Positions 10,572 to 19,467 of a stretch of 32,000 bases of DNA are shown here, one piece after another. Source of the stretch: Wolbachia endosymbiont of Cimex lectularius (GTDB taxonomy: Bacteria > Pseudomonadota > Alphaproteobacteria > Rickettsiales > Anaplasmataceae); the NCBI RefSeq assembly GCF_000829315.1, contig NZ_AP013028.1, forward strand, positions 960,001-992,000. The letters run 5' to 3'. The position numbers and the translations under genes were made by a program. Every line of letters begins with the position of its first letter. Within the stretch, counting starts at the first letter, position 1. The notes beneath the pieces were generated by a model. That model made no database searches. It saw nothing but the letters and a program-made list of their open reading frames with translations, and had not been told where the DNA came from.

Positions 10572-11432
10572 GAACCTGTTTAAAATCTTCGTAACAGGAG
10601 AGAAATGAAGGAGAGGACTATCATCTGTAAGCTAGTGTTGAGCTTCCGCTCGCAATTTTTCCACAATCGCCTGCACTTTTCTAACCAGGCAAAAGAGCGT
10701 TCAACAACCCATCTTTTTGGCAATACGACGAAAGTGTGTAACTCACTTCGCTTTATTACTTCAACAGTCGCACCAATGATAGCTTTTATTTGTGTTGCAA
10801 AATTTTCTCCTGTGTAGCCAGCATCAACCAGTATGTTTTTAACTTCAGAGAGGTTTGCTTTAGCATTTTCGACCATTTTCACAGCACTGCTACGGTCAGT
10901 TGCTTCTGCCGTTGTTACATAAATTGCATGTGGCAAACCTTGTGTATCAACTGCAATATGGCGCTTTATCCCTGAAATCTTTTTACCTGCATCATAGCCT
11001 TTTTTTTTCAGCAGTATCTGCGTTTTTAACGCTTTGAGAATCAATTATACAAAAGCTAGTTTTCTCTTTCCGACCATTGCTGATACGGACCTCTCCAACT
11101 AATTTTTTTTAAGACTAATTCCAACAAGCTTGGCTCTTCTCCATTCTTTTTACTCCACACTCGAAAATAGTAATATACGCTTTCCCATCTTGGAAAACCC
11201 TTTGGTAACATCCTCCACTGACAACCACTTTTTAAGACGTACAACACCCCACAAAATACGTCATACAAATCAAGTTTTCTTGGTTTTGTTTTCTGCTTGC
11301 TACTCTCCAAAATTGGCCTGATTTTTTCAAACTGCTCTTGACTTATATTACTTGGATAACTTTTCTGCATAGACACCTCATTATTAATCTATGCTTACTT
11401 TACCTCACATTTCCAAGATTTTAAACAGGTTC
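10572..11432 (-). mobile_element. IS5-like insertion sequence, copy 2 (861 bp)
   Basis: Near-identical to copy 1 at a constant offset of 941 bp. TSD TTA on both sides. ORFs 11056-11376 and 10580-11044 (minus). Confidence 0.93.
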
Positions 11433-11878
11433 TTAGATAAGCCCAAATAATCTTCTGCTACTTCTTTCACAGCATTTGGATATCCTGTGTATGATGCAAT
11501 GTTAACTTCCACTCCATTTGAAAGTGCAGATTGCAACACAGATTTTAATGTTTCCTCGTTTCTTATTCCGTCTGTATTCTTTAGAAATTTTCTTATATCA
11601 GCATCTGTTACTGCATTATTTTGAGTAGAATCAAGGTCACTTTTTCCTAACCTAGAAAAAGCATTATGCATATGCCCATTAGTGAGAGTGTTATCAAAAT
11701 CGAATATTAACAGGGCATTATTTCCTTTAGCCATATCTTCACCTCATAATTTTTACCAATCAAGGATAAAGGCTAACACTAATAGATTAATTATTTACTA
11801 TAGTGCTTTCAAGTTAATAAAAAGATAATAAGAAAGAAAAGCTAATAGTGTCGGGAGAAGACTTAAAAAGAGACAAGG

Positions 11879-13071
11879 TTACAGCATTTCACTAATCCAG
11901 TTATTCTTCTCTTGATCTAACCTATCATCTAGTATTGACTGCCTTATTGATTCCATAAGCTTATTCATGAAGAAAACATTATGAATAGTGATGAGAGTGT
12001 AGGCTAGCAGCTCTTTAGCTTTCAATAAATGGTGTATATAAGCTCTCGAATGTTTTCTGCAGGTAAAACACAAACAGTCACTTTCAATTGGATTACCGTC
12101 CAGCTCAAATTGTTGATTTCGCAAATTAACATGCTCCTTGCATTTTGAAGCAATAGAATTCCTATTTTTCACTTTAACAAGCGCGCCACCATGTCTTGCC
12201 AGGCGAGTTGGATGCACACAATCAAACGTGTCAATTCCAAATTCCACTGCACGAAAGATATCCACAATTCCACCAATACCGAGCAAATGAGTAGGTCTAT
12301 CTTTTTTTAAGTGCTCCATAGTAAAAGAAACTACATCATACATCTGCTCCTTACTCTGACCAAGTGATCCGCCTATTGCTTGACCGAAAAATGGTAAATC
12401 GTTGATAAAATCACAGCTTTCTCTGCGCAGATCTTGATATACTCCACCTTGGCTGATTCCATACAGTGCTTGTTTGCCATCATTACTTTTTTCAAGTTTA
12501 TTTAAAGAACGCTCAGCCCACCTGTGGCTCATGAGCATTGATCTTTGTGTGTATTCTTTGCTGACATGAAACGGGGTACATTCATCTAAAACTAGGATTA
12601 AATCCGCACTAATTTTTGTTGAATTTGTATAGATTTTTCAGGAGTTAAACAATAAGTTTTACCATTGATGTAAGAACGAAAAATTGCCCTATCCTCATTA
12701 ATTTTGATCAGAGTTTTTTGTTTCTTTCTTATTCCCTTTATTTCTTCTGAAACTGATCCGTGCCCCAGGCTAAATATCTGGTATCCACCAGAATAAGTTA
12801 GCATCGGTCCATTCCATCTCATCATCTTGTGCAAACCACCAAGTTTTGCTACGGTATCCTCTCTCGGTTGGAGCATGAGGTGATAGGTATTGGAAAGTAT
12901 TATTTGAGTACCAGCTTCACTGATTCTCTCAATATCCGCAGCTTTAATTGCAGCTTTGGTTGCACAAAATATAAATGCTGGCGTTTCTATGCTTCCATTT
13001 GGAGTTTTAATTGTACCAACTCTTGCAGAACCTGATTGCTTGGTTATTTCAAATGAGAACTTTTCTTCCAT
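11879..13071 (-). pseudogene. tgt: Queuine tRNA-ribosyltransferase, split by a frameshift (ORFs 12598-13071 and 11879-12538)
   Basis: N half contains 'AGTQIILSNTYHLMLQP' and 'SGGYQIFSLGHG'. C half contains 'ALYGISQGGVYQDLR', 'FDCVHPTRLARHG' and zinc site 'CLCFTCRKHSRAYIHHL'. The other frame bridges as 'SADLILVLDECTPFHVSKEYTQRSMLMSHRW'. Confidence 0.85.
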
Positions 13072-13596
13072 CTATTTGCTTGAAAGCTCTGCTATGATGT
13101 TTTCTACTTTTTCGGGAGTAAGATTTTCATAAAAATTGTCATTGATCTGCACAACAGGAGCATTAACGCACGCACCAAGGCATTCAACTTCTTTTAAAGT
13201 AAACAGATTATCTTTGGTAGTCTCACCTATATTGATCCCAAGCTTCTTTTTAAAGGTATTTAACACTTCTTCGCTACTGCATAACCAGCAAGGGGTTGTC
13301 CTACAAATTTGTATCAGATATTTACCCACTGGTTTTAAATTATACATGGTGTAAAAATTTGCCACTTCATACACGCGAATATGTGGAATATGCAGCATAT
13401 CAGCAACGTAGCGCATGGCAGACTCAGGAACCCATCCACATTGTTCTTGAACCAAATATAGTAAAGGCATAACAGCACTACCTTCTTTACCTTTTGGGTA
13501 CATCTCTATAAACTTCTTTGCTTTCTTGAGGTTTTCTGATGTAAAACTAAACTGCTCTTCTTTTTCTTTCATCTGTAAGGTCCATGTAAATCTCAA
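13072..13596 (-). CDS. nuoE: NADH-quinone oxidoreductase subunit E (24 kDa, thioredoxin-like Fe-S)
   Basis: '[28 protein letters not shown]' and '[32 protein letters not shown]'. Confidence 0.95.
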   Translation of the reverse strand: MRFTWTLQMKEKEEQFSFTSENLKKAKKFIEMYPKGKEGSAVMPLLYLVQEQCGWVPESAMRYVADMLHIPHIRVYEVANFYTMYNLKPVGKYLIQICRTTPCWLCSSEEVLNTFKKKLGINIGETTKDNLFTLKEVECLGACVNAPVVQINDNFYENLTPEKVENIIAELSSK

Positions 13597-13639
13597 CAGA
13601 TTATACTTAAAGGGTCAATAATTGCAATTAGACTTCTCG

Positions 13640-14010
13640 CATGAAAAGGCAATTATTTTTGGCGTTTTTTGTGTGCTCTTAAATTGCCTTAGCTATAAAT
13701 ATTAAGAAATTTACCAAACGAAAAAAAGGCAAAAGAACCCTGTGGTAGAAGTTGCTCACTTTCTAATCCTGCAAATTGGCGTACTATACTGTCTTAAACG
13801 ACTTATAAGCGCATTTCAGCTTGTATAGGGAAAAACCTAGAAGTCTAGGTAAAATTAATAAAGACATAAGGTGCACATAGTGTAAAAAATTAAACATAAG
13901 ACGCCAACCATAATACTCTTGTCGTTTAATCTGCACAGATGAAGATAACTAAATACCTCCAATTTTATAATAATGGGACTGGCGGAGGTTGTCAAGTAGT
14001 TTTTTTGTTT
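13640..14010 (-). repeat. Copy C of the promoter-bearing intergenic repeat
   Basis: Minus-strand TTGACA (13990-13995), 17 bp, TATTAT (13967-13972). Core 'ggcgtcttatgtttaattttttacactatgtgcac' and tail 'ggtaaatttcttaatatttatagc'. Confidence 0.75.
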
Positions 14011-14038
14011 CAATTGTTGGTCTTTTAGAAATGGCGTT

Positions 14039-15842
14039 TTACAGTATCATACTATCTGCAGAGTGATATTGTTTATTCAACCAGTCTGCAAATTCCTTAC
14101 TGCTGCTTATTTCCCATATCTCGCTTTGTAGATCATGGTGACACTTATAATCTCCTTGCCCAATACAGTGGAATTGTTTGACAATCGTCTTAGGATGCCG
14201 ATCGCTTAAGAACTTTGATACTACAATTCCCGTTTTATAAGGATTATCGCTTGTTTGATCGTAATAACTATAATATATATTATATAAACTCAAGTTCTCA
14301 GACTTCACTTTATCGATTCCCTGCTTAAAACGAGCCTCACAGAAGGAGTTTTTCTCGAGTCCATCGCATGTTTTTTCGCATGCTATAAAGTCTGCACTTC
14401 CCTCAAAAACTGGCAATTGAAGCTTTGGCGACAAACCTTTAATGACTGGCTGATAAAACTTGAGAAACTGAATGCAATGGGCAAATTCATGGGAAATATG
14501 ATACTCAATAGCATCGTCAGAAAAGGGCGTGTTAAAAAGCAATCCATCCTTTTATTAAAAAAAAGAAATACATCTGAAGCTGAGAACTTTGAAAGCTCTC
14601 TATACTGGGGGTGGTTATTATTGACTGTGAGTCCAGTCCAAGTTTTCGGTGGATCGAAGTTGTGTACTTTTTTCAAAACTTCAGCAAGTTGATCCCTATT
14701 TTCCAGCATAAAAATGCGAAAATTTGCGTAATCATCAATCTGAACATCAAAAAACCTACAGCACCTCTTTAAAGTGTCATTGGTGGTTTCTTCGATGTTT
14801 TTTAATCTTTCACCGCTAAGAACCTGTTTAAAATCTTGGAAATGTGAGGTAAAGTAAGCATAGATTAATAATGAGGTGTCTATGCAGAAAAGTTATCCAA
14901 GTAATATAAGTCAAGAGCAGTTTGAAAAAATCGGGCCAATTTTGGAGAGTAGCAAGCAGAAAACAAAACCAAGAAAACTTGATTTGTATGACGTATTTTG
15001 TGGGGTGTTGTACGTCTTAAAAAGTGGTTGTCAGTGGAGGATGTTACCAAAGGGTTTTCCAAGATGGGAAAGCGTATATTACTATTTTCGAGTGTGGAGT
15101 AAAAAGAATGGAGAAGAGCCAAGCTTGTTGGAATTAGTCTTAAAAAAAATTAGTTGGAGAGGTCCGTATCAGCAATGGTCGGAAAGAGAAAACTAGCTTT
15201 TGTATAATTGATTCTCAAAGCGTTAAAAACGCAGATACTGCTGAAAAAAAAAGGCTATGATGCAGGTAAAAAGATTTCAGGGATAAAGCGCCATATTGCA
15301 GTTGATACACAAGGTTTGCCACATGCAATTTATGTAACAACGGCAGAAGCAACTGACCGTAGCAGTGCTGTGAAAATGGTCGAAAATGCTAAAGCAAACC
15401 TCTCTGAAGTTAAAAACATACTGGTTGATGCTGGCTACACAGGAGAAAATTTTGTAACACAAATAAAAGCTATCATTGGTGCGACTGTTGAAGTAATAAA
15501 GCGAAGTGAGTTACACACTTTCGTCGTATTGCCAAAAAGATGGGTTGTTGAACGCTCTTTTGTCTGGTAGAAAAGTGCAGGCGATTGTGGAAAAATTGCG
15601 AGCGGAAGCTCAACACTAGCTTACAGATGATAGTCCTCTCCTTCATTTCTCTCCTGTTACGAAGATTTTAAACAGGTTCTAAGATTCTTATGAAATACTT
15701 CCACTGTCAAATTACTTCCTTCAACACTATAAACATGCTTATCAGGAAGGATTCCACCCACCTCAACTTCAAGTTCATCTCTAGGCTCGTAGTTTGGCTT
15801 ACTAGGACCAAAGAATTCTTTAATGCTGCTAAAAAGGCTCAT
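14039..15842 (-). pseudogene. HExxH (gluzincin/collagenase-like) metallopeptidase-like gene, interrupted by an IS and a frameshift
   Basis: 'YHISHEFAHCIQF...PVFEGSADFIACEK' in ORF 14039-14542. Upstream ORF 14383-14709 and N-terminal ORF 15657-15842 join as '...VEVFHKNLSGERLKNIEETTNDTLKRCCRFFDVQIDDYANFRIFMLENRDQ...' once the IS is removed. Confidence 0.75.
14820..15679 (+). mobile_element. IS5-like insertion sequence, copy 3 (860 bp, degraded)
   Basis: Same ends GAACCTGTTT/AAACAGGTTC and TSD TAA. ORFs 14876-15196 and 15208-15570. A 1-bp deletion (tggttag to tggtag) truncates ORF B. Confidence 0.92.
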
Positions 15843-16067
15843 ACAATTTTATGGTGTTGATATATCTATTATAGCATAATAAATGATTTCCGTCAAGGAG
15901 TACAGCTAGCTCAAGCTATATAACCGCTTACAGAAGCTTTAAGCAGTTTTGGTTTTATTGATATATTACCTCAGAATATAAAAAAAAATTAATTTATTAA
16001 TATTTTTGTTGACATTAGTATGTTAAAATAGCTATAATAACTTTTTATTAAAATTTTAAATAGAATT

Positions 16068-18041
16068 ATGTTTATATTAAATAAATTGCTCGAAGTTAAC
16101 TTAAATACGCTAAAAATTAAAGAAGCGACAGGTTTCAACCCAGCAAACATAGCGCTCATTGAGAGCAATGGAGTTGCTTATGGACTTAGCTATCAAGATA
16201 ACGGCAATGGAACCAGTAAAGTAAAATTACTCATTAGTCCACTATATCAATCAAAAGCATACGAGTGTGATACAGGTGTCAACGTAGCGAATGAATTCAA
16301 GAGCCAATTATCTCTCACACCAATAGAAAATTCAGCTGAAATGGATAAAGTTGGAATAATCTTTCCTGAAAAAGGGATTAACAGAGAAGGAAAAAACCAT
16401 ATTAAAGGCCTAACATTCAGCACTTACAAAATCAAGCATTCAACTAATGCTCCTTCAGTTGAGCATTCAGGTGAAACTAAATTGCAAAAAAACGCTAATA
16501 ATAGCAATCCTGCAAATAAAGATAACAGTTACTTTCAACCAAAAGCAGTGAAAGTTGACAATGGTAATGTTATTGTAATCGCCCATAATTTAAAGGATCA
16601 AACCCTAGTTTCTTGGTACTTAGAGTCAAAAGAAGGTGGAAAGTTCAAAGCTTTGCGTGTAGCAAACGGTGTCATAGAAAGAAAATTGTTCAAATTTGAT
16701 AATCCAGGACAATTGGCATTAAATGAAAACACGATGCTTTATGCGCAACCGAGCAAAAAGATTACCGAGGAAAATCAGGTGAGAAAAACACAAATTTTTA
16801 AATTTGATGTAGCAAAAGTAGTCCAGAGTTTGAAAGACAGAAAGGGAGCTAACGAATATCTGCTTAGTAAAAAAGAGTGTCAGATAGATGATAAAGCACT
16901 ATCCCTTTCTAGTAAACATAAGATAAGCTTTTTGCAGCATGTAAAGCAAACAAAGGGAAATGATCTAGTTGCTTTTCTTGCAAAAGGCCAATCTTCTAAC
17001 ACGCAAGAATTGCATTTAGCAAGCCTTGTTAAGAATGGACCAAAATCGGACTTTGTTATTCATAAATTTGAAGATCCTATAGATCAATTATATGTTAAAG
17101 ACAGTGGTCAAGGTTGCTTTATCACAACTGCAATAAGCGGAGAAAATATCATAATTTTTAATCACAGAAGATTCGAAAAACCTTCTGAGGTAACAACAAT
17201 ACCAGCAAATAGCATTAAAGCTCTCAACGATTTTGTAAATATCATTAACGGTCGATTGACGCCTAGTATTATTTCTAGCAGTACTGTAGCTCCTATAACT
17301 ACCACAGAGAAAGTTGAGACTTCTACGAAAACGTCAACCACTGCAATTACTGATACAACAAAAACTGACGCCGTGGAGACCACTTATCCTTCAACAGCGG
17401 AGTTAACAACTCAAACAAGTACAGTGTCTACAACAGCAACTGCTACTTCAAAAGCGACCACGGTCACTACAGAAGCTGGAACAAATACTGCAAAATCTAC
17501 AACAGCAAAGCCAACAACGCCTGTCACTTCACAAGCGACAACAGTTGAACGAGTCACAATGCCAACTCATGAGCCAATTACAAGCTCAGAAGAAACTACA
17601 CACACAGCATTTACTATACCAAGCACCAGAACAAGAGAGTTGACAACTTCTGCGTCTATCACAACTTTGCCTACTCAACAAACTTCTTCTCCGCATACAG
17701 TTCAACATGCTATAACGGGTCCTGAGGCAGGAATAATAGCAGGATCTGTACTTGGAGCAATGGGCATCGTTATTGGAATTATAGGATTCATAGTGTATAA
17801 ATATGTTCAGAAACATCGTCGTTATAATGCTGCCCCTGTGTTAGAGCTATCTGATTTAGAGTCACAGAATAGCAGTAGTGGAGAACTTTTTATCAGTAAC
17901 AGCAGAACAAGCAGTAACAGCAGCAGAAGCAGTCCTGAAATAGTGTTAGACAGCGTATCAGTGGAAAGTGGTAGCGGATCGAGCAGTCCATCACCCGAAG
18001 GCAGTATAAATTCAGGATCCAGAAGATCATCTTTGAGGTAA
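16068..18041 (+). CDS. Large protein with Thr/Ser-rich mucin-like stalk, single TM helix and Ser-rich tail (putative surface/effector protein)
   Basis: 657 aa intact ORF. Residues of about 415-560 are rich in TTxxTT/STT, followed by 'AGIIAGSVLGAMGIVIGIIGFIVYKYV' and a tail rich in SSS/SGSGSSSPSP. Confidence 0.8.
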   Translation: MFILNKLLEVNLNTLKIKEATGFNPANIALIESNGVAYGLSYQDNGNGTSKVKLLISPLYQSKAYECDTGVNVANEFKSQLSLTPIENSAEMDKVGIIFPEKGINREGKNHIKGLTFSTYKIKHSTNAPSVEHSGETKLQKNANNSNPANKDNSYFQPKAVKVDNGNVIVIAHNLKDQTLVSWYLESKEGGKFKALRVANGVIERKLFKFDNPGQLALNENTMLYAQPSKKITEENQVRKTQIFKFDVAKVVQSLKDRKGANEYLLSKKECQIDDKALSLSSKHKISFLQHVKQTKGNDLVAFLAKGQSSNTQELHLASLVKNGPKSDFVIHKFEDPIDQLYVKDSGQGCFITTAISGENIIIFNHRRFEKPSEVTTIPANSIKALNDFVNIINGRLTPSIISSSTVAPITTTEKVETSTKTSTTAITDTTKTDAVETTYPSTAELTTQTSTVSTTATATSKATTVTTEAGTNTAKSTTAKPTTPVTSQATTVERVTMPTHEPITSSEETTHTAFTIPSTRTRELTTSASITTLPTQQTSSPHTVQHAITGPEAGIIAGSVLGAMGIVIGIIGFIVYKYVQKHRRYNAAPVLELSDLESQNSSSGELFISNSRTSSNSSRSSPEIVLDSVSVESGSGSSSPSPEGSINSGSRRSSLR

Positions 18042-18044
18042 TAC

Positions 18045-18415
18045 CAATTCCCACTATACAGAAAGCGATAGATAACAGTGGAAAAAAGCTATAACGTCAT
18101 CCGATAGAGACGAAAAACACTACTTGACAAATTCTTCCAATCCTTTTATCATAGTATTGAAGCTATTTGTTTAACTTCCCAATCTGTGCAAGTTAAAATG
18201 ACAAGAAAACTTGTATTTGGCGTATTATTGTTTAATTTTTCGCACTATGTGCACTGCATGTCTTTTTAAAACTTCGGGTTTTTACCCATACAAGCTGAAA
18301 CGCGCTTATAAGTCGTTTAAGACATCACCCAATGCCGGATTTTAAAATAGAGAGTGGAATAACTAGCTACCTCGGGGTTTTATTGTCCTTTTCTTCTGTC
18401 TGGTAAATTTCTTAA
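18045..18415 (+). repeat. Copy A of the promoter-bearing intergenic repeat
   Basis: TTGACA (18124-18129), 17 bp, TATCAT (18147-18152). Near-identical to 29272-29640 apart from a short indel near the start. Confidence 0.85.
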
Positions 18416-18429
18416 TATTTATAGCTACC

Positions 18430-18505
18430 ATCATTCCGCTACGTGTTAGCGGAATATACGTCAGATACCGCGAATGAATTGCGGTATGACAAGAACCGCA
18501 CTAGC
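18430..18505. repeat. Short palindromic units
   Basis: 'attccgctacgtgttagcggaat' and 'gataccgcgaatgaattgcggtatgac' are self-complementary hairpins. Confidence 0.6.
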
Positions 18506-18534
18506 TGTGCAACTTATGTTGCAGCTGCCGATAT

Positions 18535-19344
18535 TCAATACAAGTTTGCAGTTTCTCTACTATTACATGGATAATATCCACTAGTTCTGCAATCTTCCAC
18601 CGCTGTTTTAGCCTTTTCAATATTCTCTGATTCTTCCTGATGCTTCATATAAAAAGCTACGCCACCGGCAAGACATACAAGAGAGTTAACGCCAAGAATG
18701 ACTAAACTCCACGCTGGCAAGACTGGACAAAACGCGCAAGCTATCAAAGCTGCCAGAGAAATAGCGCTAACCGCAAATTCTATATTTCTGAACGTTTTAA
18801 GTTTATCATCCAGGTAATCTATTTTGTCTGATTTTCTAGCCTCTTTTTTGCTACTATAATAGAAATAGCACATAAGACCATGGAAAGCAACACACACAAC
18901 CGCAACTGCTATACCTAAAGCCAGTAACTTTCTATCTTCGCTCTTATTTTCTCTGCTTTGGTTAGTGGTATTACCATAGTTAATATTTGTTACATTAGTA
19001 GTGTGACCACCGAATAGAGAATTGAAACAACATTGTAATAGTAAAAAATCCCAAAAATCTAAACCTCTATTGTGCATGTGTACATGTATGTTCTGAGTGC
19101 CTGCAGGTTGACGACCGATATTCCTCTCGTTGTATCCATTTCTTTCGTCTTCTCTATTTTGCCTATTGTTTAGATTTTGGTTCCCGATAAACTCTTTATA
19201 TACCTTGTCAAAATTCTCCTCACTCCAATTTGTGGTGTTGTGTGTGTTGCAAAATTGTAAAAACTCTTGAATACCGCTGTTACCACCAGATTTTTTTATA
19301 TAGGCTAATGCATACCTTTTTAAAACACTACTACTTGCTAACAT
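18535..19344 (-). CDS. Hypothetical membrane protein with Asn/Arg-rich N-terminal region and two TM segments near the C-terminus
   Basis: Intact 269-aa ORF; 'LLALGIAVAVVCVAFHGLMCYFYY' and 'VSAISLAALIACAFCPVLPAWSLVILGVNSLVCLAGGVAFY'. Confidence 0.7.
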   Translation of the reverse strand: MLASSSVLKRYALAYIKKSGGNSGIQEFLQFCNTHNTTNWSEENFDKVYKEFIGNQNLNNRQNREDERNGYNERNIGRQPAGTQNIHVHMHNRGLDFWDFLLLQCCFNSLFGGHTTNVTNINYGNTTNQSRENKSEDRKLLALGIAVAVVCVAFHGLMCYFYYSSKKEARKSDKIDYLDDKLKTFRNIEFAVSAISLAALIACAFCPVLPAWSLVILGVNSLVCLAGGVAFYMKHQEESENIEKAKTAVEDCRTSGYYPCNSRETANLY

Positions 19345-19467
19345 AAATACCCCATTGAATTAATAAATACTTATTATAATAAAGTTACGCTTTCTTGTCA
19401 ACTCGGGTATAAACATACCCACAAGCAACCAAAAATTTTTTTAACCTCCGATTCATAACCTTCACTC

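Larger units (their letters stand above)
8384..11734 (-). pseudogene. HAD-like phosphatase-domain protein with repeated C-terminal module, disrupted by two IS5-like insertions and two single-nucleotide indels
   Basis: N-terminal 'LLIFDFDNTLTNGH' (ORF 11405-11734) and downstream 'KTVMLVDDSAGNIKKINGF' (ORF 8861-9577). Removing both ISs and one TSD each restores '...EDYLGLSKKQTDSVSVFGGFPADYDTKLPRQDVREQQSQVGKNLHICRAIVNYKNN...'. Further frame changes lie near 8976 and 8634. Confidence 0.82.

Noticed and set aside
9631-11432. Composite transposon formed by two co-oriented IS copies
   Set aside because: The two copies have different, individually perfect TSDs and only an 80-bp piece of the same host gene lies between them. 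This indicates independent insertions.
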